Below, piece by piece: positions 9,492-19,233 of a stretch of 32,000 nt of DNA. Position numbers and translations under genes: made by a program. Source of the stretch: Cylindrospermopsis raciborskii Cr2010 (GTDB taxonomy: Bacteria > Cyanobacteriota > Cyanobacteriia > Cyanobacteriales > Nostocaceae); NCBI RefSeq assembly GCF_003367075.2, contig NZ_CP065936.1:690001-722000 (forward strand), given 5' to 3'. The notes below the pieces were generated by a model, which saw only the letters and a list, made by a program, of their open reading frames with translations, made no database searches and was not told the origin of the DNA. The first letter of the stretch is position 1, and each line of letters opens with the position of its first letter.

Positions 9492-12473
9492 TTAATATTT
9501 GTTCATTTGTTCAGCAGCTTTTTGGGACAAAGGTTTAATATTTTTCACGTATTCCAATGATTGAATACAAGTCTCAATCTGCATCTGTCCTGCGTTCTTG
9601 CATTCCAACAATATGAAATTTTCATACGGTTCTTCTGGAAGTTTAATACTTGATATTTTATCTCTTAATTCGTATTTATCAATTCTTTTTTCTATTAATT
9701 TCTTAACAAACTCACGTTTTTGGCTACTAGTCAATGTTATTAATAACCATTTTCTCGATGTATTAATTGAAGGAGAATTTTGGGCTTGTAATAAATTATT
9801 GTTAACCGCCTTTTGTTGTTGTGTACTCTTAATTTTCATATCGGTTTTTAAGGTGTCAAGAAGAGCTTGTAGCTTTTGAATCAGGGAATGATTATTTAAC
9901 CATTCAGGAAAGTAACTGTTATGAAAATCATTAATTATGTTTTCTAAAAATTGATAGTCATAATCAAATTTTTCCGCAGCTTTTATAAAATCATCATCAG
10001 ATTCATTATCCAGAATGGTATAGCAGTAATTTTCTAAATCGTAATTTTCTAAATCGTCATTTTCCAAAGCTTCATCTGGTAAATCATATTGATTGCTACC
10101 ACACCACCAACCTAGATTATGACGTTTTTTTAGTGAATCAAATAGCTGAATGTGATAAATCCCCGGTGGTAGTTTTAATGGAATAGTAATTGTCTTTTCA
10201 TTTGACGAAATAAGTGGAACTTGAATTTTTAATGGCCGATTTTCAGGCAAAAGTAAATTCCAACATGAAAGAAAATAATTTTCATGAGAAAATAAACCAG
10301 ATACCTTAACTTCCTGATTATCCCCAACCCAGCTAATTGATAAAGGAGTAGTTTGCATTTCAATTAAAGGTTCTATTTTACCACCTAACCGCTGGTAACC
10401 TAAAGCATAAAAATCTGAGTCAGATGATAATGAATCATATAAATGTGCTAAGCTTAACAATAAATTGCCTGACAGATCTGCTTGAAATTGAGAAAATACG
10501 GTTTCTAGTTTGTCTCCTAGGGATAAACTGATGATTTCTAGAGGAAAAAGTCCCTCTATTTTAACTTCCTCTGCCCAGAATTTGGTACTGGAATCTGTTA
10601 TAATAGGTAACTTTTGTAACCTATATTGTGAACTACTGCTGATTAATAGATCAATATTATTTACCTCATCATTGATTTGATATTGTTCTTGAATTTCAAA
10701 CTTGTATGACCAGCGATTTAATCGGTTTAATTGCTCCCATAATCTGACTTCATATTTTCCTGGTTTATTAATCAATTTATTCAGAATAATTGGTTCCCAA
10801 CTATTATTTGGAAGGATATTTTGGCGTTGCATAATAGTTTGCTGTTCAGCGATATTTTCTATAGAAATATTTAAAGATATTTCTCTCTCTACGGGTGGAT
10901 AAAAGATACTAGGAATCTCTATATAAACTGATTTTTTACCTTTTAGTTTTAATCCTATTAATCTCGGTTGCTCTTCAAGGGACTCCACCCAGGTAATTAG
11001 AATGTTGTGAGTATTTTTAGCATGGAAATCAATTGATGATTGCTTAGTTATGAGTTTTAGATGTTGACCTCGCCATTCCGTTATACTAGAGGGCACACAA
11101 GAGTCTAAAATTTCAATACCTTCATCAAGCTCTATGTGCATACATTTAGGAGTAAAGAAAATAATTTCTTGGATTCCTCTGATGGTAAAGTCATCAGATT
11201 CCAGATTTAGGCGATCACCTGTGAATGCGTTAAATACAACGTAAGGTAACTTATTAGCTATACCCTCAAGCTTCCACTCATTCAAACATTTATGGTTATG
11301 GTCTAAGAGTTGCCATATCCAACATTCGGCTACTTTTTTGATATCTACAACCTTTTCGGGAATCATTAGTTTCCCCTTTGAGGGAATACTACCTTCCCAT
11401 GTTGCTTCTGGAATTTGGCAAAAAGTTCCACCTAATTTGTCCCATTCCTTCTTCCAAATATTTTGTTCTGGTAGCACTAACTGTATATTTAATGAGTCAT
11501 TAATATCTAAAACTAGAGATAAAGCTTTTGGACGACAATTAAAAATTCTACGACTACTTCCCTGACGACTGTGACGGGGAGTTAAAACTTGAATTAAACT
11601 ATCCCAATTTCTTAAAAAGAAATTGTTTGGTAAGTAATAATTGCCTAACAATTTTTCACGTTCGTTATCATTTTTGATTTCTTTAGGTAATGTTCCTTGA
11701 CGTTCTAGTTCAACAGCAATAATAGCAATACCTTGAAGTAGTTGCCCAGAGATTGGTTCAGCTTCTTTTTGTTCTTGATCTGAACAACTAACTTTAAGGA
11801 AATTAATCAGAGTACGCCATTCACGATGCTTAAGTTCACAAAAATTCAGCAATTCCTCGGAAATATCTTCATAGCAAGTATGAGCAATTTCCCACCATCC
11901 ATATTCGTTTGAAAATTCCTGAACAAGACAGGAAAAATGGCTGATATTTCGTTGAGGAATACCACTTTGCAACCATAAGGTTGATACATAGCGATATCCT
12001 CCTTTGGCTTGGACAAGACCAAGCAACTCAAACCCTTCACCAACAATTTCACGAAGTGAATTTTCTATTTTATCCGTATGGCGTAGTTTGAGTTTTTCGC
12101 AAAAACCATGCCAAAACCCTCTTTCAATACCAGAATCAGTTTCAAAGCCAGAATAATAGTAGGCATATTCCGATAAAGCAAAAGTCAGAATTTTTAGCCA
12201 GTTCCGCTCCGGTTCAGGAAACCTCTCATGGATTCTTTCGTAGGAAATTGAACCTGAACCTATTCTTCGTAAATTGTAACCTACAACACTTAATACTTTA
12301 TCCGTGTCTTCTTGATTAATCCGAACACTACCTAAAAAACGTTGCCCATCTGGAAGATTCTGATGAGACCAACATGAAGAAATCTGCTGCCAAAGTCGTT
12401 GTGTGTCTTCTGGCACAGAGAAGTTAAATGGTACATGGAAGTTAAAGGTAGTCATTATTGAGTAGATAAACAA
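9492..12473 (-). CDS. Large uncharacterised protein (993 aa), first gene of the helicase block; position and size analogous to Druantia DruH, homology unproven
   Basis: Continuous ORF; likely true start is MTTFNFHVPFNF (ATG at about 12455). All-beta-looking central region. No recognised catalytic motif. Coupled to the 304-aa gene. Confidence 0.8.
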   Translation of the reverse strand: MFIYSIMTTFNFHVPFNFSVPEDTQRLWQQISSCWSHQNLPDGQRFLGSVRINQEDTDKVLSVVGYNLRRIGSGSISYERIHERFPEPERNWLKILTFALSEYAYYYSGFETDSGIERGFWHGFCEKLKLRHTDKIENSLREIVGEGFELLGLVQAKGGYRYVSTLWLQSGIPQRNISHFSCLVQEFSNEYGWWEIAHTCYEDISEELLNFCELKHREWRTLINFLKVSCSDQEQKEAEPISGQLLQGIAIIAVELERQGTLPKEIKNDNEREKLLGNYYLPNNFFLRNWDSLIQVLTPRHSRQGSSRRIFNCRPKALSLVLDINDSLNIQLVLPEQNIWKKEWDKLGGTFCQIPEATWEGSIPSKGKLMIPEKVVDIKKVAECWIWQLLDHNHKCLNEWKLEGIANKLPYVVFNAFTGDRLNLESDDFTIRGIQEIIFFTPKCMHIELDEGIEILDSCVPSSITEWRGQHLKLITKQSSIDFHAKNTHNILITWVESLEEQPRLIGLKLKGKKSVYIEIPSIFYPPVEREISLNISIENIAEQQTIMQRQNILPNNSWEPIILNKLINKPGKYEVRLWEQLNRLNRWSYKFEIQEQYQINDEVNNIDLLISSSSQYRLQKLPIITDSSTKFWAEEVKIEGLFPLEIISLSLGDKLETVFSQFQADLSGNLLLSLAHLYDSLSSDSDFYALGYQRLGGKIEPLIEMQTTPLSISWVGDNQEVKVSGLFSHENYFLSCWNLLLPENRPLKIQVPLISSNEKTITIPLKLPPGIYHIQLFDSLKKRHNLGWWCGSNQYDLPDEALENDDLENYDLENYCYTILDNESDDDFIKAAEKFDYDYQFLENIINDFHNSYFPEWLNNHSLIQKLQALLDTLKTDMKIKSTQQQKAVNNNLLQAQNSPSINTSRKWLLITLTSSQKREFVKKLIEKRIDKYELRDKISSIKLPEEPYENFILLECKNAGQMQIETCIQSLEYVKNIKPLSQKAAEQMNKY

Positions 12474-13099
12474 CCTAAATGTTTAAATCAAGTTAATAGC
12501 CATAGATTTTGCTTTTTTGACAAATTGATTATTTGTCCTGACAGTACCTTGTCCAAAAAAGAGTATTAAAAGGGAGATCCGATGTAGTAGAACTACAGTC
12601 TGGCACAACGAAAACTCAAAGACCACGCACAGCCCACTTTTAACATCATAACACTATTACAGTGCCTCCTACCAAAAGTAAAAATTAGGTAAGTTAGGGT
12701 CTGGGTATAGTTGCTGCCGTAGTGCCAGGAATTGGTCGGATTTGTATAGGTAGCAATTGTTTTAGATACATACTTCGTTTAGTTGAATGGTAGGTTATAA
12801 AAATATTAGTATAGTAATAAGAACCTTGTCCTCTATCTATGGAAGTATTTACATCTATCTAAAGATAGAGATTTGTGTGGGAATCTGGCTTTTTTTTACT
12901 GATCACATTTTCTGTTGATTTATTTTGCGTGCGATCGCTCAGAGGTGGAGTTCCATTCATAAAACAAATGTTTCTGGTAAAACCTTTACAAATCTTTTCT
13001 TTTAAAGATGGAACAACTCAGGAGATGATCGCCTCTGTCTCTGTCATAGATGGGTAACCTGAAATGCTAAGTGATGTCAGTGAATCAGTAACAAAGATC

Positions 13100-13118
13100 C
13101 TCGCCCTTTAAGGGGGAG
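13100..13118. repeat. Solitary hairpin CTCGCCC-TTTAA-GGGGGAG followed by TGTGTCAA, resembling an IS200/IS605 right-end remnant
   Basis: Sequence gatcCTCGCCCTTTAAGGGGGAGtgtgtcaac. No intact tnpA or tnpB nearby. Confidence 0.3.
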
Positions 13119-13237
13119 TGTGTCAACGGATGCATATTATGATTAAATGTTGATGTTAAGTTTCGTATTAAACTCAACCTACTGTGATGAGGTGATTATA
13201 ATTATGAAATTGACTGATTTCATCCAGCTTCAACCTC

Positions 13238-13882
13238 ATGGAAAAACCAAAAGTGATTTTTTTAGATGCGGTAGGTACAATCTTTGGTGTCAAGGGTAGT
13301 GTGGGTGAGGTTTATAGCCAAATTGCTGCAGAATTTGGTGTCACGGTGACCCCGGAAATTTTAAATCGGGAGTTTCACAAAAGTTTTGCAGCTGCACCAG
13401 CTCCCATATTCCTCAATTGTGATGTAGAAGTTATACCTGACAAGGAATTTAACTGGTGGTACGATGTTGTTTTGAACACATTTCAGGGTGCAGGAGTATG
13501 GAGGGAATTTAGGGATTTTTCTGATTTTTTTGGTGAACTCTATGTTCATTTTGGTACTGCTGACCCTTGGTTTGTTTACCCCGATGTTTCCCTGGCTTTG
13601 GTCAATTGGTTGAGATTGGGGGTAGAATTGGGAGTGGTTTCTAATTTTGACTCTCGCATATACTCGGTTCTACAAAGTCTAGGTCTTAGGGACTATTTTA
13701 AGTCTATTACTGTTTCTACCCAGGCTCGCACAGCTAAGCCAGATCCTGAAATTTTTCATCTGGCTTTGAAAAATCATAACTGCTCCCCGGAATCAGCTTG
13801 GCATATTGGTGATAGTATTGTTGATGATTATCATGGTGCAAGAAGGGCTGGATTAAGAGGTATTTGGATTAATAGACACTAG
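13238..13882 (+). CDS. HAD-superfamily hydrolase
   Basis: Motif I VIFLDAVGTIFG, motif II VVSNFDSR, motif III/IV KPDPEIFHLAL...WHIGDSIVDDYHGARRAGLRGIWI. Confidence 0.88.
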   Translation: MEKPKVIFLDAVGTIFGVKGSVGEVYSQIAAEFGVTVTPEILNREFHKSFAAAPAPIFLNCDVEVIPDKEFNWWYDVVLNTFQGAGVWREFRDFSDFFGELYVHFGTADPWFVYPDVSLALVNWLRLGVELGVVSNFDSRIYSVLQSLGLRDYFKSITVSTQARTAKPDPEIFHLALKNHNCSPESAWHIGDSIVDDYHGARRAGLRGIWINRH

Positions 13883-13912
13883 TATATACGTATTATATAA
13901 ATTTACATACCA

Positions 13913-14992
13913 ATGAGAAACCTACTAGAAAAGTTAAATCAGCTATCAGTTTCGTTATCGGAGGGACAATTGAAATTTATAGCTTTGTTCAAAACGTTTA
14001 CTAAAGACTTCATGGGTAAAAGTGACAGCTGGACAGATGCTATAGCTCAAACCTTCGCAGCTGGACAAGGCTATATATCCCTTGGTTTGCTGGTGCTAGG
14101 GATTGTGGCGATTGGCTTTGCTCCTATTTTTATCACATGGAGTAACAATGAAATTAGTCCTGAAGCAACTACTTTTAATCGCTTGTGGATCTCCAGTGTT
14201 TTTTTTGGCACTTGGAACCTAATTTCTTTGATTCGTCGGGACAAATTAACTTCAGCTCCTTCTCTAATTAATAATTTATATACATTCCCAACTTGGGGCT
14301 TGTTTTTTCTAGTTGGTATTATATTTGCAGCAAGACAGCTATTTTGGGCTAAGTCACTAACCCATACTAGTGTGGCTAGTTCGGTAGCAATTATTTACGC
14401 ACTATTACCACCATTAACTGCTATAGGGGGATGGATTTTCTTTCGTCATCGCGTCAAGCAACAATTTGTGGTTGGCACAATTATTTCTATTACCGGTGCG
14501 ATCGCCATCAGTTTCCAAGATTTTTCCGTCTCTAGTAATGAGTTGCAAGGAGATTTCTTCTCCCTAATATCAGCAATTTTGTTGCCATTTTATTTACTGC
14601 TAATGGAAAAGCTCCTGACCCAGTTTGAAACCAAAACCTTGGTGTTCTGGTATTGCACTATTGGCGCATTAACCACCTTACCCATTTTACTGGTAACAGG
14701 AAACACCCTATTTCCGCTTTCTTGGCAAGGATGGTTTTCTGTAATTTCCTTAGCTTTAATTTGTCAGGTCATAGGACAGGGACTAATTGCCTATTCTCTC
14801 AATTCCTTACCCTCTTCTCTTGTAGCAGTAACAATGCTGCTTGATCCAGTAATTAGCACGGTTTTTGCCTGGCTAGTGTTGGGTGAACAAGTTGGTTTTG
14901 TCAAAGGTATAGCTTGTTTGATTGTTCTTATTGGCATATATTTAGCCATGGTAGGTCAATATGCACCGCTGAATGAGTCACCTTTGACCTAA
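13913..14992 (+). CDS. DMT-family (EamA-domain) membrane transporter
   Basis: 359 aa with about ten hydrophobic segments; EamA-like repeats (SVAIIYALLPPLTAIGGWIFFRH..., TMLLDPVISTVFAWLVLGEQ). Confidence 0.82.
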   Translation: MRNLLEKLNQLSVSLSEGQLKFIALFKTFTKDFMGKSDSWTDAIAQTFAAGQGYISLGLLVLGIVAIGFAPIFITWSNNEISPEATTFNRLWISSVFFGTWNLISLIRRDKLTSAPSLINNLYTFPTWGLFFLVGIIFAARQLFWAKSLTHTSVASSVAIIYALLPPLTAIGGWIFFRHRVKQQFVVGTIISITGAIAISFQDFSVSSNELQGDFFSLISAILLPFYLLLMEKLLTQFETKTLVFWYCTIGALTTLPILLVTGNTLFPLSWQGWFSVISLALICQVIGQGLIAYSLNSLPSSLVAVTMLLDPVISTVFAWLVLGEQVGFVKGIACLIVLIGIYLAMVGQYAPLNESPLT

Positions 14993-15095
14993 ATTTTCCT
15001 ATGATATTGGTGGTAATAGATCAAAGTCTAAAAAGGACTATTGACTCCTGCAATTATCCCATGTCAATCATTATCTACTGTTTGTTGTTGAACCT

Positions 15096-15908
15096 ATGAA
15101 GTCTTATTTAGCCGCCGCCATTCAAATGACCAGTGTGCCTGATTTACAAAAAAACTTGGCACAAGCAGAAGAGTTTATTGATCTGGCCGTACGCCAGGGT
15201 GTAGAATTATTGGGGTTACCAGAAAATTTCTCCTTTATGGGGGAGGAAAAAGATAAACTTGCTCAAGCCAGTATTATTGCCCAAAAAACAGAAACGTTTC
15301 TCAAGCAAATGGCACAACGGTATCAAATTACCATTCTGGGCGGCGGCTTCCCCGTTCCCGTAGATAGTACAAGTAAAGTTTACAACACAGCTTTGCTGGT
15401 TGACCCCAATGGACAGGAAATCAGTCGTTACCATAAGGTACACCTATTTGATGTGAATGTTCCCGATGGCAATACTTATCAAGAATCTAGTACTGTCATG
15501 GCTGGTCGAGAATTACCACCAGTGTATGTTTCCCCAACTTTGGGTAAGATAGGTCTCTCTATTTGTTATGATGTGCGCTTTCCAGAATTATATCGAGATC
15601 TGGCAGCGAGGGAGGCTGATGTAGTTTTTATTCCTGCTGCTTTCACGGCTTTTACGGGAAAAGACCACTGGCAAGTGTTATTACAAGCCAGAGCGATTGA
15701 AAACACTTATTACATAATCGCCCCAGCTCAAACAGGTACTAATTATGCCCGTCGTCAAACCCATGGACATGCAATGATTGTTGACCCATGGGGAACAATT
15801 TTAGCTGATGCAGGAGATAAACCGGGGGTCGCTATTGCTGAAATTAAACCTACTAGACTAGAACAGGTGCGTCGTCAAATGCCATCTTTACAACACCGCG
15901 TTTTTTAA
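15096..15908 (+). CDS. Carbon-nitrogen hydrolase (nitrilase superfamily, Nit-like)
   Basis: Glu-Lys-Cys framework: LLGLPENFSFMG, YHKVHLFDV, GLSICYDVRFPELYR; RQTHGHAMIVDPWGTILA. Confidence 0.9.
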   Translation: MKSYLAAAIQMTSVPDLQKNLAQAEEFIDLAVRQGVELLGLPENFSFMGEEKDKLAQASIIAQKTETFLKQMAQRYQITILGGGFPVPVDSTSKVYNTALLVDPNGQEISRYHKVHLFDVNVPDGNTYQESSTVMAGRELPPVYVSPTLGKIGLSICYDVRFPELYRDLAAREADVVFIPAAFTAFTGKDHWQVLLQARAIENTYYIIAPAQTGTNYARRQTHGHAMIVDPWGTILADAGDKPGVAIAEIKPTRLEQVRRQMPSLQHRVF

Positions 15909-15935
15909 GTAAGACTTTGGAAACCCACCATCAAG

Positions 15936-15959
15936 AAACCGGGATTAATACCCCGGTTT
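15936..15959. terminator. Bidirectional terminator-like hairpin AAACCGGG-ATTAATAC-CCCGGTTT between convergent genes
   Basis: Perfect 8-bp stem between the nitrilase-family gene and the aldolase gene. Confidence 0.6.
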
Positions 15960-16007
15960 AGTCAGGTTGGGGTCTAGGTGTAACCCAGCCCCAATAAGTT
16001 TGTTGAA

Positions 16008-17081
16008 TTAAACTGCAGCAGCAGCTTTTACAGCCAATTCGCCTTTAGCGTACTTAGCAGCAAAATCTTCTAGGCTAACTTGTTTGATTTTGCTCGCATT
16101 ACCAGCAGTGCCAAACTGTTCATAACGATCAGCACAAACCTTCTGCATGTACTTAATAGAGGGCTTTAAGAAATGACGGGGGTCAAATTCTTTGGGATTT
16201 TTAGCCAGAGCTTCACGAACAGCAGCAGTGATAGCCAGACGGTTGTCGGTATCGATATTAACTTTACGTACGCCGCTCTTGATGCCTTTTTGAATTTCTT
16301 CTACGGGTACACCATAGGTTTCGGGGATAGCACCACCAAATTCGTTAATCAGTGCAATTAAATCTTCGGGTACGGAAGAAGATCCGTGCATTACCAAGTG
16401 GGTGTTAGGTAGGCGACGGTGAATTTCTTCAATGCGACTAATGGCTAAAATTTCACCAGTGGGCTTACGGGTGAATTTGTAAGCACCATGGCTAGTACCA
16501 ATAGCAACAGCTAAAGCATCTACTTGGGTAGCTTCTACGAAGTCCACAGCTTGATCCGGGTCAGTTAATAATTGGGAGTGGTCAAGGGTACCTTCAAAAC
16601 CGTGACCATCTTCTGCTTCACCAGCACCAGTTTCTAAAGATCCTAAACAACCTAGTTCACCTTCAACGCTCACACCTAAAGAGTGGGCAACATTAACAAC
16701 TTCACGGGTAACTGCGACGTTATATTCAAAGCTGGCAGGAGTTTTTGCATCAGCTTCTAAGGAACCATCCATCATTACACTGGTGAAATTGTTCTTAATG
16801 GCAGAATAGCAAGTAGAAGGAGCATTACCGTGATCTTGGTGCATCACAATGGGAATTTGTGGGTATGTTTCTACCGCAGCCAAAATTAAGTGGCGTAAGA
16901 AGTTTTCGCCAGCATAGTTACGAGCACCACGAGAGGCTTGCAAAATCACGGGGCTATCTGTTTCAGCAGCCGCCTTCATGATTGATTGAATCTGTTCTAA
17001 GTTATTAACGTTAAAAGCGGGAATGCCATAACCATTTTCAGCAGCGTGATCTAAAAGCAACCGCATAGGTACAAGCGCCAT
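16008..17081 (-). CDS. fba: Fructose-bisphosphate aldolase, class II
   Basis: [30 protein letters not shown]; PIVMHQDHG; SVMMDGSL; [12 protein letters not shown]; [15 protein letters not shown]; [11 protein letters not shown]. Confidence 0.95.
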   Translation of the reverse strand: MALVPMRLLLDHAAENGYGIPAFNVNNLEQIQSIMKAAAETDSPVILQASRGARNYAGENFLRHLILAAVETYPQIPIVMHQDHGNAPSTCYSAIKNNFTSVMMDGSLEADAKTPASFEYNVAVTREVVNVAHSLGVSVEGELGCLGSLETGAGEAEDGHGFEGTLDHSQLLTDPDQAVDFVEATQVDALAVAIGTSHGAYKFTRKPTGEILAISRIEEIHRRLPNTHLVMHGSSSVPEDLIALINEFGGAIPETYGVPVEEIQKGIKSGVRKVNIDTDNRLAITAAVREALAKNPKEFDPRHFLKPSIKYMQKVCADRYEQFGTAGNASKIKQVSLEDFAAKYAKGELAVKAAAAV

Positions 17082-17366
17082 AGATAATCCTCCTAATGTG
17101 TTTTTCAGCTGGGTAGTTTCAGACAGGCGTAAGGTTTACGCTAAATAAGAATTAGTTTTTTCAACTTATTAGGAAATTATATATAGTATGGGGTGTTTAT
17201 GTTGAAAAACTTTGCTCCCCCACTCCCTATCATTTTTCAGTGTATCTTGTGTTTTATATTCACTGTTGTTACCCCTAATACTGTCAATGGCAGTTATTTC
17301 AGTATCTAACAATACAAAAATCTGGTTTTTAGGATGTAAATCGCTCTTTTTGCAGCTGTGCTAAAA

Positions 17367-19133
17367 CTAACTCTGACTAAATTGTTGCGCATAAAAATGT
17401 GCATATTTACCTTCTAGGGACAATAATTGTTCATGATTCCCCGATTCCACAATTTGCCCTTTTTCTAGGACTAAAATGCGATCGCATTTTCTTACTGTTG
17501 ACAATCTATGAGCAATAATTAATACAGTACGATTTTGCATTAATCTTTCTAAAGCTTGCTGCACAAGAGCTTCGGACTCGGAATCTAAAGCTGAGGTTGC
17601 CTCATCAAGTATCAAAATTTTCGGGTCTAATAGCACTGCACGGGCGATGGCAATTCTTTGTCGTTGTCCCCCGGATAGGTTGACACCCCGTTCACCCACC
17701 CAAGTTTGATAACCTGCTGGTAATTGGATGATAAAGTCATGGGCATTAGCCACCCGGGCAGCTGCTTCTACTGCTTTTTGGTCAAAGTTGTCTTGTCCAA
17801 AAGCAATGTTTTGAGCTATAGTTCCTGAAAACATAATTGTTTCTTGCGGAACAATACCAATTTGCTTTCTTAAACTATTTAATGTCACATCACGAATGTT
17901 GACATCATCTATAAAGATATTACCTGGTTTAGGATCGTAAAATCTGGGGAGTAAATTGACGAAAGTGGTTTTACCAGCACCGGAAGCACCGACTAGGGCA
18001 ATGGCCTCCCCAGGACTGATAAACAGACTGACGTGATTTAAAACTAGCTCACCCGGTTTATAAGCAAAACTAACACCACGGTATTCAATCTTGCCATTAA
18101 TACTGGGAAGAGTCATAGCAATAGGATTTTCTAGGACTGTTGGTTTAATAGCCAACAGTTCAAATACTCGTTCCAAAGAAGCCTCACCCTGTTTGAACTC
18201 ATTATAGTTATGGGTAGTATGACCAATAGGATCAATTAGTAAAGCTGCTGCGGCTAAATAACTAAAAAACTCACCCACAGTAAGATTCTTCTGGGAAATC
18301 TGCCATACTCCCACCATAATGAGGGATAAAGCACTCAAGGCTTCTAAAAACCCTACAATAGGAATTTGAATCGCCTTTAGTTTTTCAGCGGAATATTTAG
18401 CCTTGAGGGTTCTTTGAGCTTCGTGAGTGAATCTAGCAATTTCATACTTTTCCGCTGCAAAGGCTTGAATTAAGCGAATACCACTAAAAACCTCGGTTAA
18501 AATAGCAGATAAATCAGAAATGCGATTTTGACTTTTGAGAGCATACTTACGTAAACGCTCCCCAAACCAACCAATTAAAACCCCCATAATTGGTGCTACT
18601 ATCACCGTGGCTAAAGTCAACTGCCAATTTAAATAAATCATGTAGATGGGAATGGCAATCAGTTGTAAAACACAGGGGATAAAATCATGAAACAACTTAT
18701 TGACAACCTCACCTACCCTGTCTACATCTTCTGTTAAGCGATAAGACAAATCCCCCGCTTTTGCTGTTTCAAAATAACTCAAGTTCAGTTTTTGTAAGTG
18801 TGTGTAGACATTTTGCCTGAGATGAAAAGCTACTCTCAAAGCAGCTTTGGACATATACAAGTCTTGAACGGACTGAAAAAAGCCCCGGACAAGAAATACC
18901 AAAGCACATACACCCGTTAATTGGGCGATCGCCACCACATTACCCTCTCCAAAAGGTAAAGCCAACTTACCAGCTAAGTGAATCAAGGTTAAAGTAGCGA
19001 AAACGTACCCTATAATGCCAATAAATCCTCTGGAGATAGTTGGCCACTGTTGCTGCAGATAGGGTAGAAGTAAACGATAATTAGAAAGTTCTTGGGAAGG
19101 TTCTTGGGTCATGTTTGGTAAATCAAAGGTCAA
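17367..19133 (-). CDS. ABC exporter, fused permease/ATP-binding protein (MsbA-like)
   Basis: Walker A GASGAGKTTFVNLL, signature LSGGQRQRIAIARA, Walker B ILILDEATSALDSE, N-terminal transmembrane region. Confidence 0.93.
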   Translation of the reverse strand: MTFDLPNMTQEPSQELSNYRLLLPYLQQQWPTISRGFIGIIGYVFATLTLIHLAGKLALPFGEGNVVAIAQLTGVCALVFLVRGFFQSVQDLYMSKAALRVAFHLRQNVYTHLQKLNLSYFETAKAGDLSYRLTEDVDRVGEVVNKLFHDFIPCVLQLIAIPIYMIYLNWQLTLATVIVAPIMGVLIGWFGERLRKYALKSQNRISDLSAILTEVFSGIRLIQAFAAEKYEIARFTHEAQRTLKAKYSAEKLKAIQIPIVGFLEALSALSLIMVGVWQISQKNLTVGEFFSYLAAAALLIDPIGHTTHNYNEFKQGEASLERVFELLAIKPTVLENPIAMTLPSINGKIEYRGVSFAYKPGELVLNHVSLFISPGEAIALVGASGAGKTTFVNLLPRFYDPKPGNIFIDDVNIRDVTLNSLRKQIGIVPQETIMFSGTIAQNIAFGQDNFDQKAVEAAARVANAHDFIIQLPAGYQTWVGERGVNLSGGQRQRIAIARAVLLDPKILILDEATSALDSESEALVQQALERLMQNRTVLIIAHRLSTVRKCDRILVLEKGQIVESGNHEQLLSLEGKYAHFYAQQFSQS

Positions 19134-19142
19134 CCATTAAGC

Positions 19143-19219
19143 AGGGAGGCACAATTATTTGTAGGATGGGTTAGCGGGCGTTCAACCTACGTTCATCTTA
19201 TATTTAATTCCACCCACCC
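19143..19219 (-). repeat. Dispersed repeat copy 1 (internally deleted), inverted relative to the copy at 30491-30601
   Basis: AGGGAGGCACAATTATTTGTAGGATGGGTTAG...CAACCTACGTTCATCTTAT.TTTAATTCCAC matches the reverse complement of 30491-30601 apart from a missing central segment. Confidence 0.85.
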
Positions 19220-19233
19220 AGTTAATCATCAAA

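Noticed and set aside
9598-12052. Small antisense/alternative-frame ORFs in the 993-aa gene (9598..9879, 10702..10902, 11338..11565, 11846..12052)
   Set aside because: Chance ORFs within a longer coherent coding sequence.
1982-12473. Assignment as DISARM or Dpd (7-deazaguanine DNA modification) system
   Set aside because: No adjacent DrmB as a separate DUF1998 protein, no PLD DrmC, no methylase, no DpdA-like TGT or other Dpd genes are visible. A DruE-like architecture fits better, although only a search can settle it.
12850-12872. Small TCTATCT/AGATAGA hairpin as a terminator or regulatory RNA
   Set aside because: Short AT-rich stem in AT-rich DNA, no U-tract or conserved context.
12875-13057. 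60-aa plus-strand ORF in the junction
   Set aside because: Contains a HIP1 octamer translation, with no domain or clear RBS support. Treated as noncoding.
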